IMG/VR virus record: IMGVR_UViG_3300050142_000050
Location: 96,001 to 160,000 of that record
Reading direction: 5' to 3' (one strand)
DNA: 64,000 bases
Source of the DNA: a virus
Taxonomy: Duplodnaviria > Caudoviricetes
Position 1 is the stretch's first letter. Every line of letters begins with the position of its first letter. Of the stretch, positions 38,451-48,508 are shown in pieces. The position numbers and the translations under genes were made by a program. The notes beneath the pieces were generated by a model. The model saw nothing but the letters and a program-made list of their open reading frames with translations. It did no database searches and was not told where the DNA came from.

Positions 38451-39021
38451 GTAAACTCATCATTTCTTTGACGAGGAGCATGATTGTTTCATTAAGCTCC
38501 CCTTCTTTCCTCTTGGGCATCACCTTAGCTCGATCGTAGAGCTTTACCCATTCGTCATGCGGCATGTGGTGGTACACATCGGATACAGTGACACCGAACA
38601 CACTCTCGATCGGGTGTGACTCGAATGCCTCACAGATCTGGGTGAACAGATCTTTCCGTCTTAGATGAGCAGCTGTAGGCTCAAAGAAGCCTAGCATCTT
38701 TTCCAATGGGTTTGTGACGCCTTCAGGATAGATTCCCAAGATGCGAGCATTCATATCCTTACGGAAGAAGTCCCACTGGAAGTTCTCAGCTATACGGTTG
38801 GGGTCAGATACCCCTCGGTACGACTGAGACCTTCTCATCTCGTCATAAGTGTTCCACCACTCTTTCTCGGTATCAGCATTTACCTCTTTCGAGAATACTG
38901 TACCGCTGCGGTAAAAAAAGCGGAGAACGGATCGAATGTCAGGAGGCCAGAGGGAGTGTCCTCGGAGTGACCGCACTTGGGGCAGGCCATCGAGGGATAA
39001 CCGACATAGGTGATCTGACAC
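38434..39021 (-). CDS. Hypothetical protein; true start uncertain, probably downstream of 38880
   Basis: The C-terminal roughly 135 aa look coding; the first 47 codons overlap the upstream gene. Confidence 0.55.
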   Translation of the reverse strand: MSDHLCRLSLDGLPQVRSLRGHSLWPPDIRSVLRFFYRSGTVFSKEVNADTEKEWWNTYDEMRRSQSYRGVSDPNRIAENFQWDFFRKDMNARILGIYPEGVTNPLEKMLGFFEPTAAHLRRKDLFTQICEAFESHPIESVFGVTVSDVYHHMPHDEWVKLYDRAKVMPKRKEGELNETIMLLVKEMMSLRAGGI

Positions 39022-40439
39022 TTGTCGACATACTCGCGCATCCTGTTGCGCACTTCATCGCCGTAGCGGTCATCCGCCTCGAGGAGTGCGTATGCGACAG
39101 CTTCACGAGTATCGACCGAGATCCAGCGCGGAGGCTGTTGCTCACCACGGATGACCTCTTCGACCTTCTTCTCAGCCTTCTTCACCCAGGGACCATAAGC
39201 CCGAATGGCTCGCAGGTTGATCAGAGTGTTGAGCGCAGCTGCGTTGTCACCACGGACTTCCTGGACCACCTGAGTGAGGAAAGATTCACCATCCTCCAGA
39301 TGCTCGCGTACGGAAGGTACACGCATCGTGAAGCGATGATTGCCAATCTCGATGACTTCTCCATCGAAGGGATACTTCTTCTGAGCATCGAGAATCTCAG
39401 ATGAGGTATGCTTCTTCGACGAGAAGTGAGCACCCGACATGAACGTGATGACCTCAGGAGGAATCGCCGTATGACGAGTCAGGATCATCTTGCGCAGATC
39501 GGCCTTCAGTGAATGAACGTGATCGCACGCTGGGATATCCTTCTCAGGATCACCCCGATTCGTACACGGAATACGCCAACCATCATAACCGTTGGGCCAC
39601 ATCGCATCGGCCATCGCCATGTAGAGATGTGCCAAATCCGGCATACGAATCGTGCTCAGCAGTAGCTCACGTTGGTTGGCCTGATTGAAGCTCGATGCGA
39701 CGATCTTGTCCAGGATCCAACGTACGCCGATCTCACGACCGAAGAAGCTATTGTAGAAGTGGTAGTAGAGACCATCTTCATTGGCGAACGTGCGCTCCTC
39801 ATTGGCCAGATTGATGACCAATGCATCCGACTCAGAAGGCACTGGGACACGGATGTCCACAGTCATCGCCGAGTTCCATAGAGGCACACGACGGACGACT
39901 CCCTTCTCATGGAGCATCCATGCGGTCAGTGCATCTTCAGCAGCCGGCTGATAGATACCCTGCTCAGAGAAGCGAGACACCAGATCCTGGATACCGATGT
40001 TGCGGCCATCCGACGACACTCGACTCGTGGGAGCGGCTTCGCCATCGGCCTTGATCTTGTTCAGGAAGTCTCGCTGACGTCCTTCCTCAGCACTCTCGTC
40101 ATCGATCGCCTGAGCGATGATGTTCTCGTGACTACCCGTCACCAGGACACGTGCGGCGACAGTCTCGGGTGACGTACGCGCCGCTGCTATATCCAGGATG
40201 TTGGCCAGAGTCTCAACAGAGACATTGGTGAGTACGATGACAGACGGATCGTAGGCGGAAGTACTGCGAGATTGTTCAGTGATCTCCTCTTCAGGTTCTT
40301 CCTCCTTCTTTTCAACAGGAGAAGTACCCAGGTCGAGCTCTTCGTCATCGACATACCCAGGAGTGGGTTCCGGCGCAGGAGTAGCGCTGACATTCAGAGC
40401 ATCCTGCTCTTCAGGAATGCCCTCTTCATTTACGTTCAT
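38880..40439 (-). CDS. Baseplate hub assembly-like protein with Cys clusters
   Basis: ATG 40439 overlaps the previous stop (ATGA); acidic N-terminus, IPCTN...CDHVH and CPKCGH motifs as in T4 gp26-like hub assembly proteins. Confidence 0.55.
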   Translation of the reverse strand: MNVNEEGIPEEQDALNVSATPAPEPTPGYVDDEELDLGTSPVEKKEEEPEEEITEQSRSTSAYDPSVIVLTNVSVETLANILDIAAARTSPETVAARVLVTGSHENIIAQAIDDESAEEGRQRDFLNKIKADGEAAPTSRVSSDGRNIGIQDLVSRFSEQGIYQPAAEDALTAWMLHEKGVVRRVPLWNSAMTVDIRVPVPSESDALVINLANEERTFANEDGLYYHFYNSFFGREIGVRWILDKIVASSFNQANQRELLLSTIRMPDLAHLYMAMADAMWPNGYDGWRIPCTNRGDPEKDIPACDHVHSLKADLRKMILTRHTAIPPEVITFMSGAHFSSKKHTSSEILDAQKKYPFDGEVIEIGNHRFTMRVPSVREHLEDGESFLTQVVQEVRGDNAAALNTLINLRAIRAYGPWVKKAEKKVEEVIRGEQQPPRWISVDTREAVAYALLEADDRYGDEVRNRMREYVDKCQITYVGYPSMACPKCGHSEDTPSGLLTFDPFSAFFTAAVQYSRKR

Positions 40440-41299
40440 TCCATCTGATCCTTTTTCATAGGAGCTATATAAACAGCATTGGGACGCAGGAGTATCATGC
40501 TCCATCCCTCACCGATGACTCGGTGTAATAACCGATAGGCACTACCGCTATCGTGGACGACGAGTAGTTCTTCACGGATGACGGGATGGGGTAACTTCTC
40601 CATGTCCTTGGTGTAGATGGTGTCCACACCTCTTGTTAATCTGGGAGAGCATGTGAAGGAATCATCCTCTGCGAATTTGACTTCGACAGGGATAGTGTTC
40701 TCTTCATCATTGTGTTTGAGAGCCATCACCTTATCAGTTTCACGAGGCTCGAGATAGGGGCGATACATAGCGCACCATGCTCTCACCATCTGAAAGTGAT
40801 AGAGACTATCGATAGCTAGTGAGTAGCGAGTGATGACCTCTCTTCCCACTTTGTTAAACTTCCGAGTATAAGCGCCACCGTATTTGTCAGTGATGACTTC
40901 ATCCTCGAAACTCTCACCTTTAGTCTTACCCAAGGCAGAGATCTGATCACGGATGTTCACGACGAGAGACTGCTCCTCATCATGACTCATGCCGTATATC
41001 TTACTCATGTACTTGTCGACTGTTTCCTGCAAGACAGGATCTGTGATTTTGATCATAGCGATCGTGTGGTCAGAAGCTCCATAGGTGAAGCTCTCCTCCG
41101 GTGATGATGACATGAAGTATAGATCATGATCAGCACCTAGATTACGAAGGATGTAAGGGATACGTCGCTGCGTGGTGCGCTGGAAGATAGTGCGGAAGAT
41201 ATCGAAGTCATCACGCTTGGGGACTTTAGGTTCCTTAGGAGTGGTAGACTTCTTCTTTTTGGAGGAGACGACAGGGGTCTCACTGATGAGTTCTTCCAT
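40436..41299 (-). CDS. Hypothetical protein (about 287 aa)
   Basis: ORF in operon; start 41299 or 41329. Confidence 0.7.
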   Translation of the reverse strand: MEELISETPVVSSKKKKSTTPKEPKVPKRDDFDIFRTIFQRTTQRRIPYILRNLGADHDLYFMSSSPEESFTYGASDHTIAMIKITDPVLQETVDKYMSKIYGMSHDEEQSLVVNIRDQISALGKTKGESFEDEVITDKYGGAYTRKFNKVGREVITRYSLAIDSLYHFQMVRAWCAMYRPYLEPRETDKVMALKHNDEENTIPVEVKFAEDDSFTCSPRLTRGVDTIYTKDMEKLPHPVIREELLVVHDSGSAYRLLHRVIGEGWSMILLRPNAVYIAPMKKDQME

Positions 41300-41361
41300 C
41301 GGTCGAAATGCCTTTGTATGAATGTCCAATCAAAGGATCCCCTACCGAGGATTAAATACCT

Positions 41362-41613
41362 TTAGTCGGACTGATTCTCGATGATCTGTTCGACATTCAG
41401 ACGAATGGTCTCAGTACGTGCGTTGAAGTCAACCAGATCCAAGGTCGATGGGACAGATGTCGTGGTGATGCTGGCACTCAGGAGAGTGATGTCGCTATGG
41501 ATACGCGATAGCGCACCGTGAGCGTCCGTCGAGAAGGTATGCCCTTCGAGATTCTTTCTCATCTTGTTCAGGGAATCGATGAGACCTCGTACCTCTTCAT
41601 CTACATAGCTCAT
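41362..41613 (-). CDS. Small helical hypothetical protein (83 aa)
   Basis: Start MSYVDEEV at 41613 within track ORF 41362-41727. Confidence 0.55.
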   Translation of the reverse strand: MSYVDEEVRGLIDSLNKMRKNLEGHTFSTDAHGALSRIHSDITLLSASITTTSVPSTLDLVDFNARTETIRLNVEQIIENQSD

Positions 41614-41813
41614 AATCTTTAGGCTCTTGCTTAGGGTTACGGTTGACTCATGTCTGACAGGAAGCGACAATGATAAGCCCACTCGAAGCCCTCGCCTGTC
41701 ATAGTGTATAAACCACCACATTTTCACATTTTAACTCGTGGTATATTGAGAGGTAAACAAACTTGATTTGAGGACCACCATCATTTGATAAGAATTTGAA
41801 TAGGACTGATCCC

Positions 41814-43979
41814 ATGACTTACTTTAGAGAAGCTGATTACAGCGATGTCAGAGCACGTCCTAAACTGCTCACCAACTATGTCGAATCCCTCAAGACACAC
41901 CTATGTCTGATGCATCCCAATGAGAAACCGGATGTCATCGAGGGTTTCATCAAGAACATGGTCCGGGAGAAGATGATCGTCCCGGATATCAACTTCGTAC
42001 ACCACCCAAGAGAGGGTATCAGCGAAGTTAAGGATATGAAGCTTACAGAGTTTGTACCCAAGATTGTCGCTGACAACAATCTGTCACCTTCGGGTACGAT
42101 GTATTACCCTGTGTCCAAGAAGGAGTCTTTCCTCCGACAGTCATTGGTGGAAAAGGTAGCAGAGCGCAATAAGTACAAGCATCTCTACCTCGACAATGAA
42201 GCCCAGGGTAACGTCCGTGAGGCTCAGTATTACTACCACTCTCAGGCTAATGCGAAGATCTTCAATAATGCCATCGCAGGCGGTATGAACATCATCCACT
42301 TCATCCTGGGATGTAAAGCAGGTTTCAATGCGATTACCTCGATCGGCCGTATGTGCGTGAAGCAAGGTTATAGCTTCATCGAACGTGCATTGGTGGGTAA
42401 CATCTATCTTCCCACCAACGAGTCGGTGGTTTCATATATCGTGACGGCTATCCGTCATATCCACCCTGACTTCGAAGCCATGCTTGCGCAGTACAACATC
42501 TATCTGCCTACAGCTGAAGATGTGTTTAAGTATCTGACCAAGTCCCTCCTGCATTATACCTTCAAGGTAGACCATGCTCTGGTGATGGGAACCATCCAAG
42601 CTCTTAACGCCACACAACGCGCCTATGTGTTCTATCTGGGTGCATTGAGTAACATGTGCCGTTTCAATCCAGAACTGATGCGCAAATTAATCGATGATTG
42701 TTTTGTACATGGTGATATCACTGAAGCGATGTACGAGCAGTTCAAACCTGAAGATGTCAAATCCTTCCGAGGAGACATCGTGGCTGCTGTACTCTCGGTG
42801 AACTACTCTGTCTTGGGTACCAAGGGAATGAAGGATGGTAAACCCCTCTATAACTCCCTCAAGGATGCCAAGGAGTCCAACCCTACTGGGCTCAGGGTGT
42901 TTGCTTACTGCTGTCAGACATTCAAAGATGGGTTCGAAAAGATGGTCCCCATCCTAAAACCCATCCTTCAAATCAAATCCACATTTGCTAAGATGACCTT
43001 CCAGGATAGGATTGCTCGTGAAGCAGTCATCCTCTCGGACACCGACAGTAACATCTATACAGCACAAGAAATCGTACAGTGGAAACGTGGTGGTCAGGAC
43101 TTCTCACAGGAGTCCTACCAAATGAATGCTCTTGCTACTTACATCCTCTCACAATCGTTGGAGCATGTTTTTGCCAGACTCTCAGCAGGCTTTGGGGTAG
43201 AGTCCAATGACGTATACATGATCTCGATGAAGAACGAGTTCCTGTATCCTGTCTTGGTATCGACGAGTCTTGCTAAGCACTATCTGGCAATCGCCACTAT
43301 GCAGGAAGGTTCACTCCTACCTTCTCCTAGAAGGGACATCAAAGGTGTGGGCTTTAGATCCTCTGCTTATCCCAAGAAGGTGAAGCAAGGCTTTGAAGAC
43401 TTCTATGTGAAGTTTGTAGAGATGGTCATGAGTGGTGCTCCCATTTATGCATCCTATCTCCTCGACCATGTGGCGAAACTGGAACGAGAAATCGAACGAT
43501 CAATTCGGGATCGTGAGTCCGACTATCTCCAGACGGTGGCTGTACGTCTCAAGGAAGACTATGAGGAACCTGAGTCCTCTAACTACTTCTACCACATTTT
43601 GTGGAATGAGGTATTCGCACAGGACTTTGGAGAAATGGTCCTCCCCAACAAATGCTTCAAGATCCCTCTCTTGGGTGGTGATAAGTTCATAAAGAACAAG
43701 GCACTCCACAAGTTGATCGCAGATAAGTATCCAGAGATCTGGAAACGACTCTCTGCTTTCATGGAGAGGAACCCACAGCGTAAGTTCTCCTCATTCCTCA
43801 TACCTCCCTTCAAGGGAAGTACCAATGAGTTCTTCATGGATGTGATGGACATGAGGTCTCATATTTCACAAGCACTGACTTCCTACTACCATCTTCTCGA
43901 TGGTCTGGGTATCGGTACTGTGGATAGGCGTCAGGAGAGCCTGGTATCTGACTATTACAAACCTTCTGGTCAGTGGTGA
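41814..43979 (+). CDS. Split family-B DNA polymerase, polymerase subunit (phiKZ gp82-like)
   Basis: AKIFNNAIAG (motif B-like), ITSIGR, LSDTDSNIY (motif C), AKHY and DIKGVG; no exonuclease domain is evident. Confidence 0.85.
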   Translation: MTYFREADYSDVRARPKLLTNYVESLKTHLCLMHPNEKPDVIEGFIKNMVREKMIVPDINFVHHPREGISEVKDMKLTEFVPKIVADNNLSPSGTMYYPVSKKESFLRQSLVEKVAERNKYKHLYLDNEAQGNVREAQYYYHSQANAKIFNNAIAGGMNIIHFILGCKAGFNAITSIGRMCVKQGYSFIERALVGNIYLPTNESVVSYIVTAIRHIHPDFEAMLAQYNIYLPTAEDVFKYLTKSLLHYTFKVDHALVMGTIQALNATQRAYVFYLGALSNMCRFNPELMRKLIDDCFVHGDITEAMYEQFKPEDVKSFRGDIVAAVLSVNYSVLGTKGMKDGKPLYNSLKDAKESNPTGLRVFAYCCQTFKDGFEKMVPILKPILQIKSTFAKMTFQDRIAREAVILSDTDSNIYTAQEIVQWKRGGQDFSQESYQMNALATYILSQSLEHVFARLSAGFGVESNDVYMISMKNEFLYPVLVSTSLAKHYLAIATMQEGSLLPSPRRDIKGVGFRSSAYPKKVKQGFEDFYVKFVEMVMSGAPIYASYLLDHVAKLEREIERSIRDRESDYLQTVAVRLKEDYEEPESSNYFYHILWNEVFAQDFGEMVLPNKCFKIPLLGGDKFIKNKALHKLIADKYPEIWKRLSAFMERNPQRKFSSFLIPPFKGSTNEFFMDVMDMRSHISQALTSYYHLLDGLGIGTVDRRQESLVSDYYKPSGQW

Positions 43980-44005
43980 GAGATGGGTCCATCTGGACCC
44001 ATCTC
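43980..44005 (+). terminator. Hairpin after the DNA polymerase gene
   Basis: gagatgggtcca-tc-tggacccatctc. Confidence 0.55.
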
Positions 44006-44042
44006 TATCCTATGTCACATCACTCTAGCAGGAATTGTCCTT

Positions 44043-44417
44043 ATGTCCGAACCATCCGGCGAGATAGAAACTACCCAAGGAGGGGGTAGTGACCATGATG
44101 CCAAATTCGATCGTCTGTGTAACGCATTCGATTCTCTGGTAGAACGCATGGATCGAGATCGAGATGCGATCTTCGCACAGCTCGAGCAGATGAACGATCA
44201 TCATCATAAAACTCAGACAAAAATTGTCGAAGAGTTCAGCAGTGCAATCAGCACTCTGCGAGAAGGACAACGATCCATCGATGAGAATCAATCCAAGATT
44301 CTCTCCTCACAGGGCATGTTTGTGGGTGTGGTGGTGATTGCTGTGGCATTGGTGGTATCGAGTGTTAAGGGCGTACTCGAGATCATCTTCGATGTGTTCG
44401 ATATATTTGGACGATAA
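44043..44417 (+). CDS. Coiled-coil protein with C-terminal transmembrane helix
   Basis: AGGA ribosome-binding site before ATG 44043; hydrophobic MFVGVVVIAVALVVSSV. Confidence 0.65.
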   Translation: MSEPSGEIETTQGGGSDHDAKFDRLCNAFDSLVERMDRDRDAIFAQLEQMNDHHHKTQTKIVEEFSSAISTLREGQRSIDENQSKILSSQGMFVGVVVIAVALVVSSVKGVLEIIFDVFDIFGR

Positions 44418-44425
44418 AAGAGATG

Positions 44426-44457
44426 TATAGGGAGTGGCCAGATGGCCACTCCCTATA
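44426..44457. terminator. Bidirectional hairpin between convergent genes
   Basis: tatagggagtggcca-ga-tggccactccctata. Confidence 0.7.
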
Positions 44458-44461
44458 TAAC

Positions 44462-45550
44462 TTATGCTGCTTTCTGACCAGCCTCTTCGGCCTGCTTCTT
44501 GAGCTTGCGACGAGTGACCTTATGGATATTCTTGACCAGCATCGCAAAAGCACCGGCCATGAAGCCGATAGCAGCTGCACATATGACCAACACCGCCTTC
44601 AGTGCAAACCCGAGAGACTTACGGATGAGCTTGGCAGCGACACGACGCCACAGCTTCTGACGGAAGTCATTCTCGATTCGGGATGCCGCGATAGAAGCCA
44701 TAGTGAAACGCTTCGTGAGATTGGTCACGAAACTATTCCCCGCGAGGAAACCTCCTACCTTCTTCAGGAGTTCTCCCAGTTTCGATTTGAAATCAGTGAA
44801 GACCTTGGTGAGCGTTTCCTTGTTCCAACCCAAAGCCGAAGGGGTACCGACTTCCTTGAACACGCCGTCACCGCCATCGACTTCGATAGTACCGGTGAAG
44901 ACAGTCTCAGTGCCCTGCACCTTCACATCCACATTGACCTTGCGTCCTGGGAACTTGATATTGCGGAGCTTGTCACGCAGATCATAGAGGACCTTCTGGA
45001 GCATGTTCCCATTGGCATACTCTGTCTTGGTCATAGCCAGTGTAGTACCGACCACTGCGGTCAGTGCCACAATCGAACCGATCACTCGGATCGCAGTACC
45101 ATGGCCAGTACCATCGATCTTCTCATCGATCTTACCCTTCACACGAGCCAGTGCATCGATAGCCGGCTTCAGGAAGGTGCCGACAGTCTCAGTCGCCTTC
45201 TTGAAAGAAGTGATGAGTTTGGCGATACCACTGGCGATCCAATCGACCACTTTGTTGGCAGCCTTCTTCGCAGTATCTGCGATAGCCTGCATGATACCTT
45301 CCATGGCCATGATCTTCTCATGCTCACCCATGCTCTCGAGAGCCACACCCGATTCCAGGAGTGTCCCATAGGCAGTACCGGCCAGGAGACTATTGCGGAT
45401 GATGGTACCACGCAGGATGGAGGTCAACTCCTCATTGGGGAGAGTGTCCTCCAGATGGTAGAGGGTATCGAGTTTACGTTCGAGATCATCGATCCCAGGA
45501 CCTTTGGTGAACATGTCCGAATTCCTTGCCTGTGAGGGGGTGACTTTCAT
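44462..45550 (-). CDS. Probable internal head (ejection) protein, 362 aa
   Basis: GVALES and AME processing-type motifs, then a Lys/Ala-rich body with hydrophobic segments, as in phiKZ-like internal head proteins. Confidence 0.6.
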   Translation of the reverse strand: MKVTPSQARNSDMFTKGPGIDDLERKLDTLYHLEDTLPNEELTSILRGTIIRNSLLAGTAYGTLLESGVALESMGEHEKIMAMEGIMQAIADTAKKAANKVVDWIASGIAKLITSFKKATETVGTFLKPAIDALARVKGKIDEKIDGTGHGTAIRVIGSIVALTAVVGTTLAMTKTEYANGNMLQKVLYDLRDKLRNIKFPGRKVNVDVKVQGTETVFTGTIEVDGGDGVFKEVGTPSALGWNKETLTKVFTDFKSKLGELLKKVGGFLAGNSFVTNLTKRFTMASIAASRIENDFRQKLWRRVAAKLIRKSLGFALKAVLVICAAAIGFMAGAFAMLVKNIHKVTRRKLKKQAEEAGQKAA

Positions 45551-45561
45551 AAAATGTAATG

Positions 45562-45586
45562 GGAGAGGGGCGTAATGCCCCTCTCC
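45562..45586 (-). terminator. Hairpin after RNase H
   Basis: ggagaggggc-gtaat-gcccctctcc. Confidence 0.6.
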
Positions 45587-46114
45587 TCAAATAGGGTCAT
45601 ACTTCCCATTCTTAATGGAACTATCGGTGAGCATACGTCGCGTCAGATCGGTAGCTAACTTGTCGGCCATGTCATTGAGTTTGTCTCCACTATGAGATTT
45701 CACCTTGACATAACGACATGACTTTAGCTTATCGATCTTTGCTCCGATCTCTCTGATGAGATCGGCATTCTTGATGGGCTCCCCATTGACCCCTATCCAT
45801 CCACGCTTAGCCCACATCTTCCTCCACACAAAGAGGGAAGCAAGCGTATAAGCACTGTCACTATAGATGACCACTGTCTCCAGATCAGGTAAATCCAGAG
45901 CATAGTTGACGGCCATCAATTCCATCTGGTTGATGGTAGCTCCACGGTGAGCATAGGCAGCAGTATGGACGATCTTCTTATTGATATCGTCCCACACTAC
46001 ATAAGCGCATGATGATGCATCGGGTCGTCTGTGCGATCCGTCAGTGTAAATGTGGACTACAGATGGAATCTTCTTGGGGAGATCTGCATCTTTGGTTTCC
46101 ATGGTGATCTCCAT
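45587..46114 (-). CDS. rnhA: Ribonuclease HI
   Basis: IYTDGS, TINQMELMAV, IYSDSAY, NADL and VKSHSG...NDMADKLA include the D-E-D-D catalytic set. Confidence 0.93.
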   Translation of the reverse strand: MEITMETKDADLPKKIPSVVHIYTDGSHRRPDASSCAYVVWDDINKKIVHTAAYAHRGATINQMELMAVNYALDLPDLETVVIYSDSAYTLASLFVWRKMWAKRGWIGVNGEPIKNADLIREIGAKIDKLKSCRYVKVKSHSGDKLNDMADKLATDLTRRMLTDSSIKNGKYDPI

Positions 46115-46153
46115 TCATTCTCTATCAAACCATGGTCGCCCTATAGGGAAAAT

Positions 46154-46196
46154 AAAACCAGAATCAATTATTTTCAACACTATATCACCACAGTGA
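46154..46196 (+). promoter_or_regulatory. Putative strong early promoter with upstream AAAACCAGAATCAA element
   Basis: aaaaccagaatcaa-N6-tcaac-N2-tatatcac-N5-tg, duplicated at 49154-49196. Confidence 0.75.
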
Positions 46197-46248
46197 AGTT
46201 AAGGTAATGAATAGTTCGTTATCTCAATTTCATCAAGGAGAATGTCCC

Positions 46249-46458
46249 ATGAAGATTCTGCACAAGCTCTCGATGAAGGCCAACATCGCAACGCACTCGC
46301 TGATCTCGAGCACTAAGACTGTGGTGTCGTCCTACAAGAACGATCCCACGTTCCGCTCCAATGTGAACATGATGGGTATCGCCTTCATCTATGGCGCCGC
46401 GACATCACACAACTACCACACTCGCAAAGCCCGCAAGGCTGCGAAGAACAAAGCCTGA
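46249..46458 (+). CDS. Small basic early protein (69 aa)
   Basis: AAGGAG ribosome-binding site before ATG 46249. Confidence 0.7.
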   Translation: MKILHKLSMKANIATHSLISSTKTVVSSYKNDPTFRSNVNMMGIAFIYGAATSHNYHTRKARKAAKNKA

Positions 46459-46469
46459 TCAAACTGGCG

Positions 46470-46509
46470 TCCTACGTGGTGTGGGGATATTCCCCACACC
46501 ACTATTGAA
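46470..46509 (+). repeat. Internal-loop hairpin element 1
   Basis: TC-CTAC-gtggtgtgggga-tat-tccccacaccac-TATT-GA. Confidence 0.8.
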
Positions 46510-46538
46510 ATCAGTTATACACCTCAAGGAGAATCAAC

Positions 46539-46727
46539 ATGTTTGGTATCAAGAAGGCTATAGTCAACGCCTCGCAAGTCAAGAATCACATCAGAGGTGA
46601 CATCGAACTCCGCATCAGAGCCACTGATGCATTTGCTGCCTTCGGTGAAGGCTTCGGTGTCGGTCTCATCGCATCGATCCCAGTAGCGATCGCATTCATC
46701 ACCATCGCCAAGAAAGCCATCAAGTGA
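46539..46727 (+). CDS. Membrane microprotein (62 aa, C-terminal TM)
   Basis: AAGGAG ribosome-binding site; FGVGLIASIPVAIAFITIA-KKAIK. Confidence 0.8.
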   Translation: MFGIKKAIVNASQVKNHIRGDIELRIRATDAFAAFGEGFGVGLIASIPVAIAFITIAKKAIK

Positions 46728-46732
46728 CTATC

Positions 46733-46775
46733 TTCCTACGGACTGTGATCTTGTCCTAATCACAGTCCTATTGAA
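46733..46775 (+). repeat. Internal-loop hairpin element 2
   Basis: TTC-CTAC-ggactgtgat-N9-atcacagtcc-TATT-GAA. Confidence 0.8.
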
Positions 46776-46805
46776 CATAGTTATCAAAAATCAAGGAGAA
46801 CACCC

Positions 46806-47237
46806 ATGTCCACCATCGCCTGCTTCTCACCCAAGATCGTCCGTCAGGGTAATAAGCATATCGTTATCATGAACCCCTTCGCGAAGCCCGCTAATGTGGG
46901 TCGTCGATTCGTCGAAACAATCGGATACACCGAAACGAAGGATCTCCTCTCGCTCAACTCGTACGATATCGAAGAGCGTGAGTTCGAATACTTCTCGCCC
47001 TCCTACCAGTACGCTTATGCTGAGTTTATGGAGCGTCCGGATGCTAAGGAGATCCTGGGTCGTATCATTGAAAATGCTATCCACCTCAACGCCAAAGAAG
47101 CTCGTGCTCACATGACTCACAACAACGCCAGTGAACCGATATACAACACCGACTGGTCGCAGTTCACGATCTCGATCGACACTCTCTACCAGATCCATGC
47201 ACAGACTGCCGAAATGGTAGTCGACTCATTCAAGTAA
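46806..47237 (+). CDS. Early hypothetical protein (143 aa)
   Basis: AAGGAG ribosome-binding site. Confidence 0.8.
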   Translation: MSTIACFSPKIVRQGNKHIVIMNPFAKPANVGRRFVETIGYTETKDLLSLNSYDIEEREFEYFSPSYQYAYAEFMERPDAKEILGRIIENAIHLNAKEARAHMTHNNASEPIYNTDWSQFTISIDTLYQIHAQTAEMVVDSFK

Positions 47238-47245
47238 ACACTATT

Positions 47246-47285
47246 TTCCTACGTACTGCGGGTATTAACCCGCAGTACTATTGAG
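47246..47285 (+). repeat. Internal-loop hairpin element 3
   Basis: TTC-CTAC-gtactgcgggt-atta-acccgcagtac-TATT-GAG. Confidence 0.8.
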
Positions 47286-47305
47286 CATAGTTTAAGGAGG
47301 TCCTT

Positions 47306-47668
47306 ATGAACTTCATCATTCATACCGTTGTGGCCATGTTTATCACTCAGCTAATTATGGTAGTCTTCACCTTCTCGAAATTGACACGTCCGTACAAGGA
47401 CATCCCACTCAAGAACAAGGTGATCTTTGTCCTGGCCAACGTCGGCGTACTGCTGACCCTATCTACGCCGATTCTGATCTTCGCTTTGACGAAGGTTCTG
47501 TTTCTCGGGGTCGTTGCGATTATCGCGTCATTCACTGTATTTTCAGTCGTCATCGTAATGGATGTCGCGGGTCATGACCTGGGCGTTGATGTGAAATCAG
47601 ATTTGATGCGTTGCAACCGCATCTCGTACATTCTCAGCTGCGCATCATTCGGTCTCATCGGCCGGTAA
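47306..47668 (+). CDS. Small multi-pass membrane protein (120 aa)
   Basis: AAGGAGG ribosome-binding site; three to four hydrophobic stretches. Confidence 0.8.
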   Translation: MNFIIHTVVAMFITQLIMVVFTFSKLTRPYKDIPLKNKVIFVLANVGVLLTLSTPILIFALTKVLFLGVVAIIASFTVFSVVIVMDVAGHDLGVDVKSDLMRCNRISYILSCASFGLIGR

Positions 47669-47693
47669 CCCAACTCCAATAAGGAATATCACC

Positions 47694-48056
47694 ATGTCTC
47701 ACCCTGACGTCGACCTGCGCACTGCGCGTGATGTATTCGGCAAACATGCCAAATCGATCTTCAACAAGGAAACCTATTATCCTTCGATCGATGAGAAGAC
47801 AGCTTCTCGCTCGGGTATTCCCGAATGCGATCGTGTCCTCTTCAACAAGTTGACCAAGCGGATCATCGATGATCCCGATTGCGATATCACTAAGGCTGAG
47901 CTGGCGGTCTTCATGTCCGTCCGTAAGACCTTTCCTGAGATCGGTGTCGAAATCGACTACATCGTCAAGACCAACAAGTATCGCAAGCCCATACTGGGCG
48001 GTATCATCGGAACCCTGATTACGGCCGTGGGTGTCCTGGCCTTCATCAATCGCTGA
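47694..48056 (+). CDS. Tail-anchored membrane protein (120 aa)
   Basis: C-terminal ILGGIIGTLITAVGVLAFI-NR. Confidence 0.8.
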   Translation: MSHPDVDLRTARDVFGKHAKSIFNKETYYPSIDEKTASRSGIPECDRVLFNKLTKRIIDDPDCDITKAELAVFMSVRKTFPEIGVEIDYIVKTNKYRKPILGGIIGTLITAVGVLAFINR

Positions 48057-48057
48057 C

Positions 48058-48095
48058 CTCTTACATGGGTAGGAATATTCCTACCCATCATTGAG
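48058..48095 (+). repeat. Internal-loop hairpin element 4
   Basis: CTC-TTAC-atgggtagga-atat-tcctacccat-CATT-GAG. Confidence 0.8.
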
Positions 48096-48126
48096 CTCAA
48101 TGAAAAGCTCTCCAAGGAGAATACAC

Positions 48127-48306
48127 ATGTCTGACAACAATACCAACAAAGAGTCCATCGAGTCCATCCGCGAAAAGACCCAGCTCTATGAAAAGCTGGC
48201 TGAAGCTCATCGCGAAAAGCGCCAGCTCAAGGAAGAGGTCGCCAAGGGCACCATCCTGACGGCAGTCGCATGCTCGCTCTATTTCATCTTCGGTCTCAAG
48301 AAGTAA
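48127..48306 (+). CDS. Membrane microprotein (59 aa, C-terminal TM)
   Basis: AAGGAG before ATG 48127; GTILTAVACSLYFIFGL-KK. Confidence 0.75.
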   Translation: MSDNNTNKESIESIREKTQLYEKLAEAHREKRQLKEEVAKGTILTAVACSLYFIFGLKK

Positions 48307-48320
48307 GAAAGGTTTTCACC

Positions 48321-48500
48321 ATGACCCCCCAGAACAATCAGTCGGAACTCGACATCGCCAACGAAAAGCTCGAAAAGGCCAAGGCCGCTTTCACCGAAGC
48401 CGCTTCTGACAGCGAGCGCACCTCCAAGCGCGAAGTGGTGGCCGGCGCTGCTTCGATCACGGCCTTCGGGATCCTGATCTATCGGGCCTTCTTCTCGTAA
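48321..48500 (+). CDS. Membrane microprotein (59 aa, C-terminal TM)
   Basis: AAAGG before ATG 48321; VVAGAASITAFGILIY-R. Confidence 0.75.
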   Translation: MTPQNNQSELDIANEKLEKAKAAFTEAASDSERTSKREVVAGAASITAFGILIYRAFFS

Positions 48501-48508
48501 CAACATTC

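Noticed and set aside
38881-39021. Long out-of-frame overlap of two minus-strand genes
   Set aside because: Most likely an upstream-start artefact; the downstream gene probably begins after 38880.
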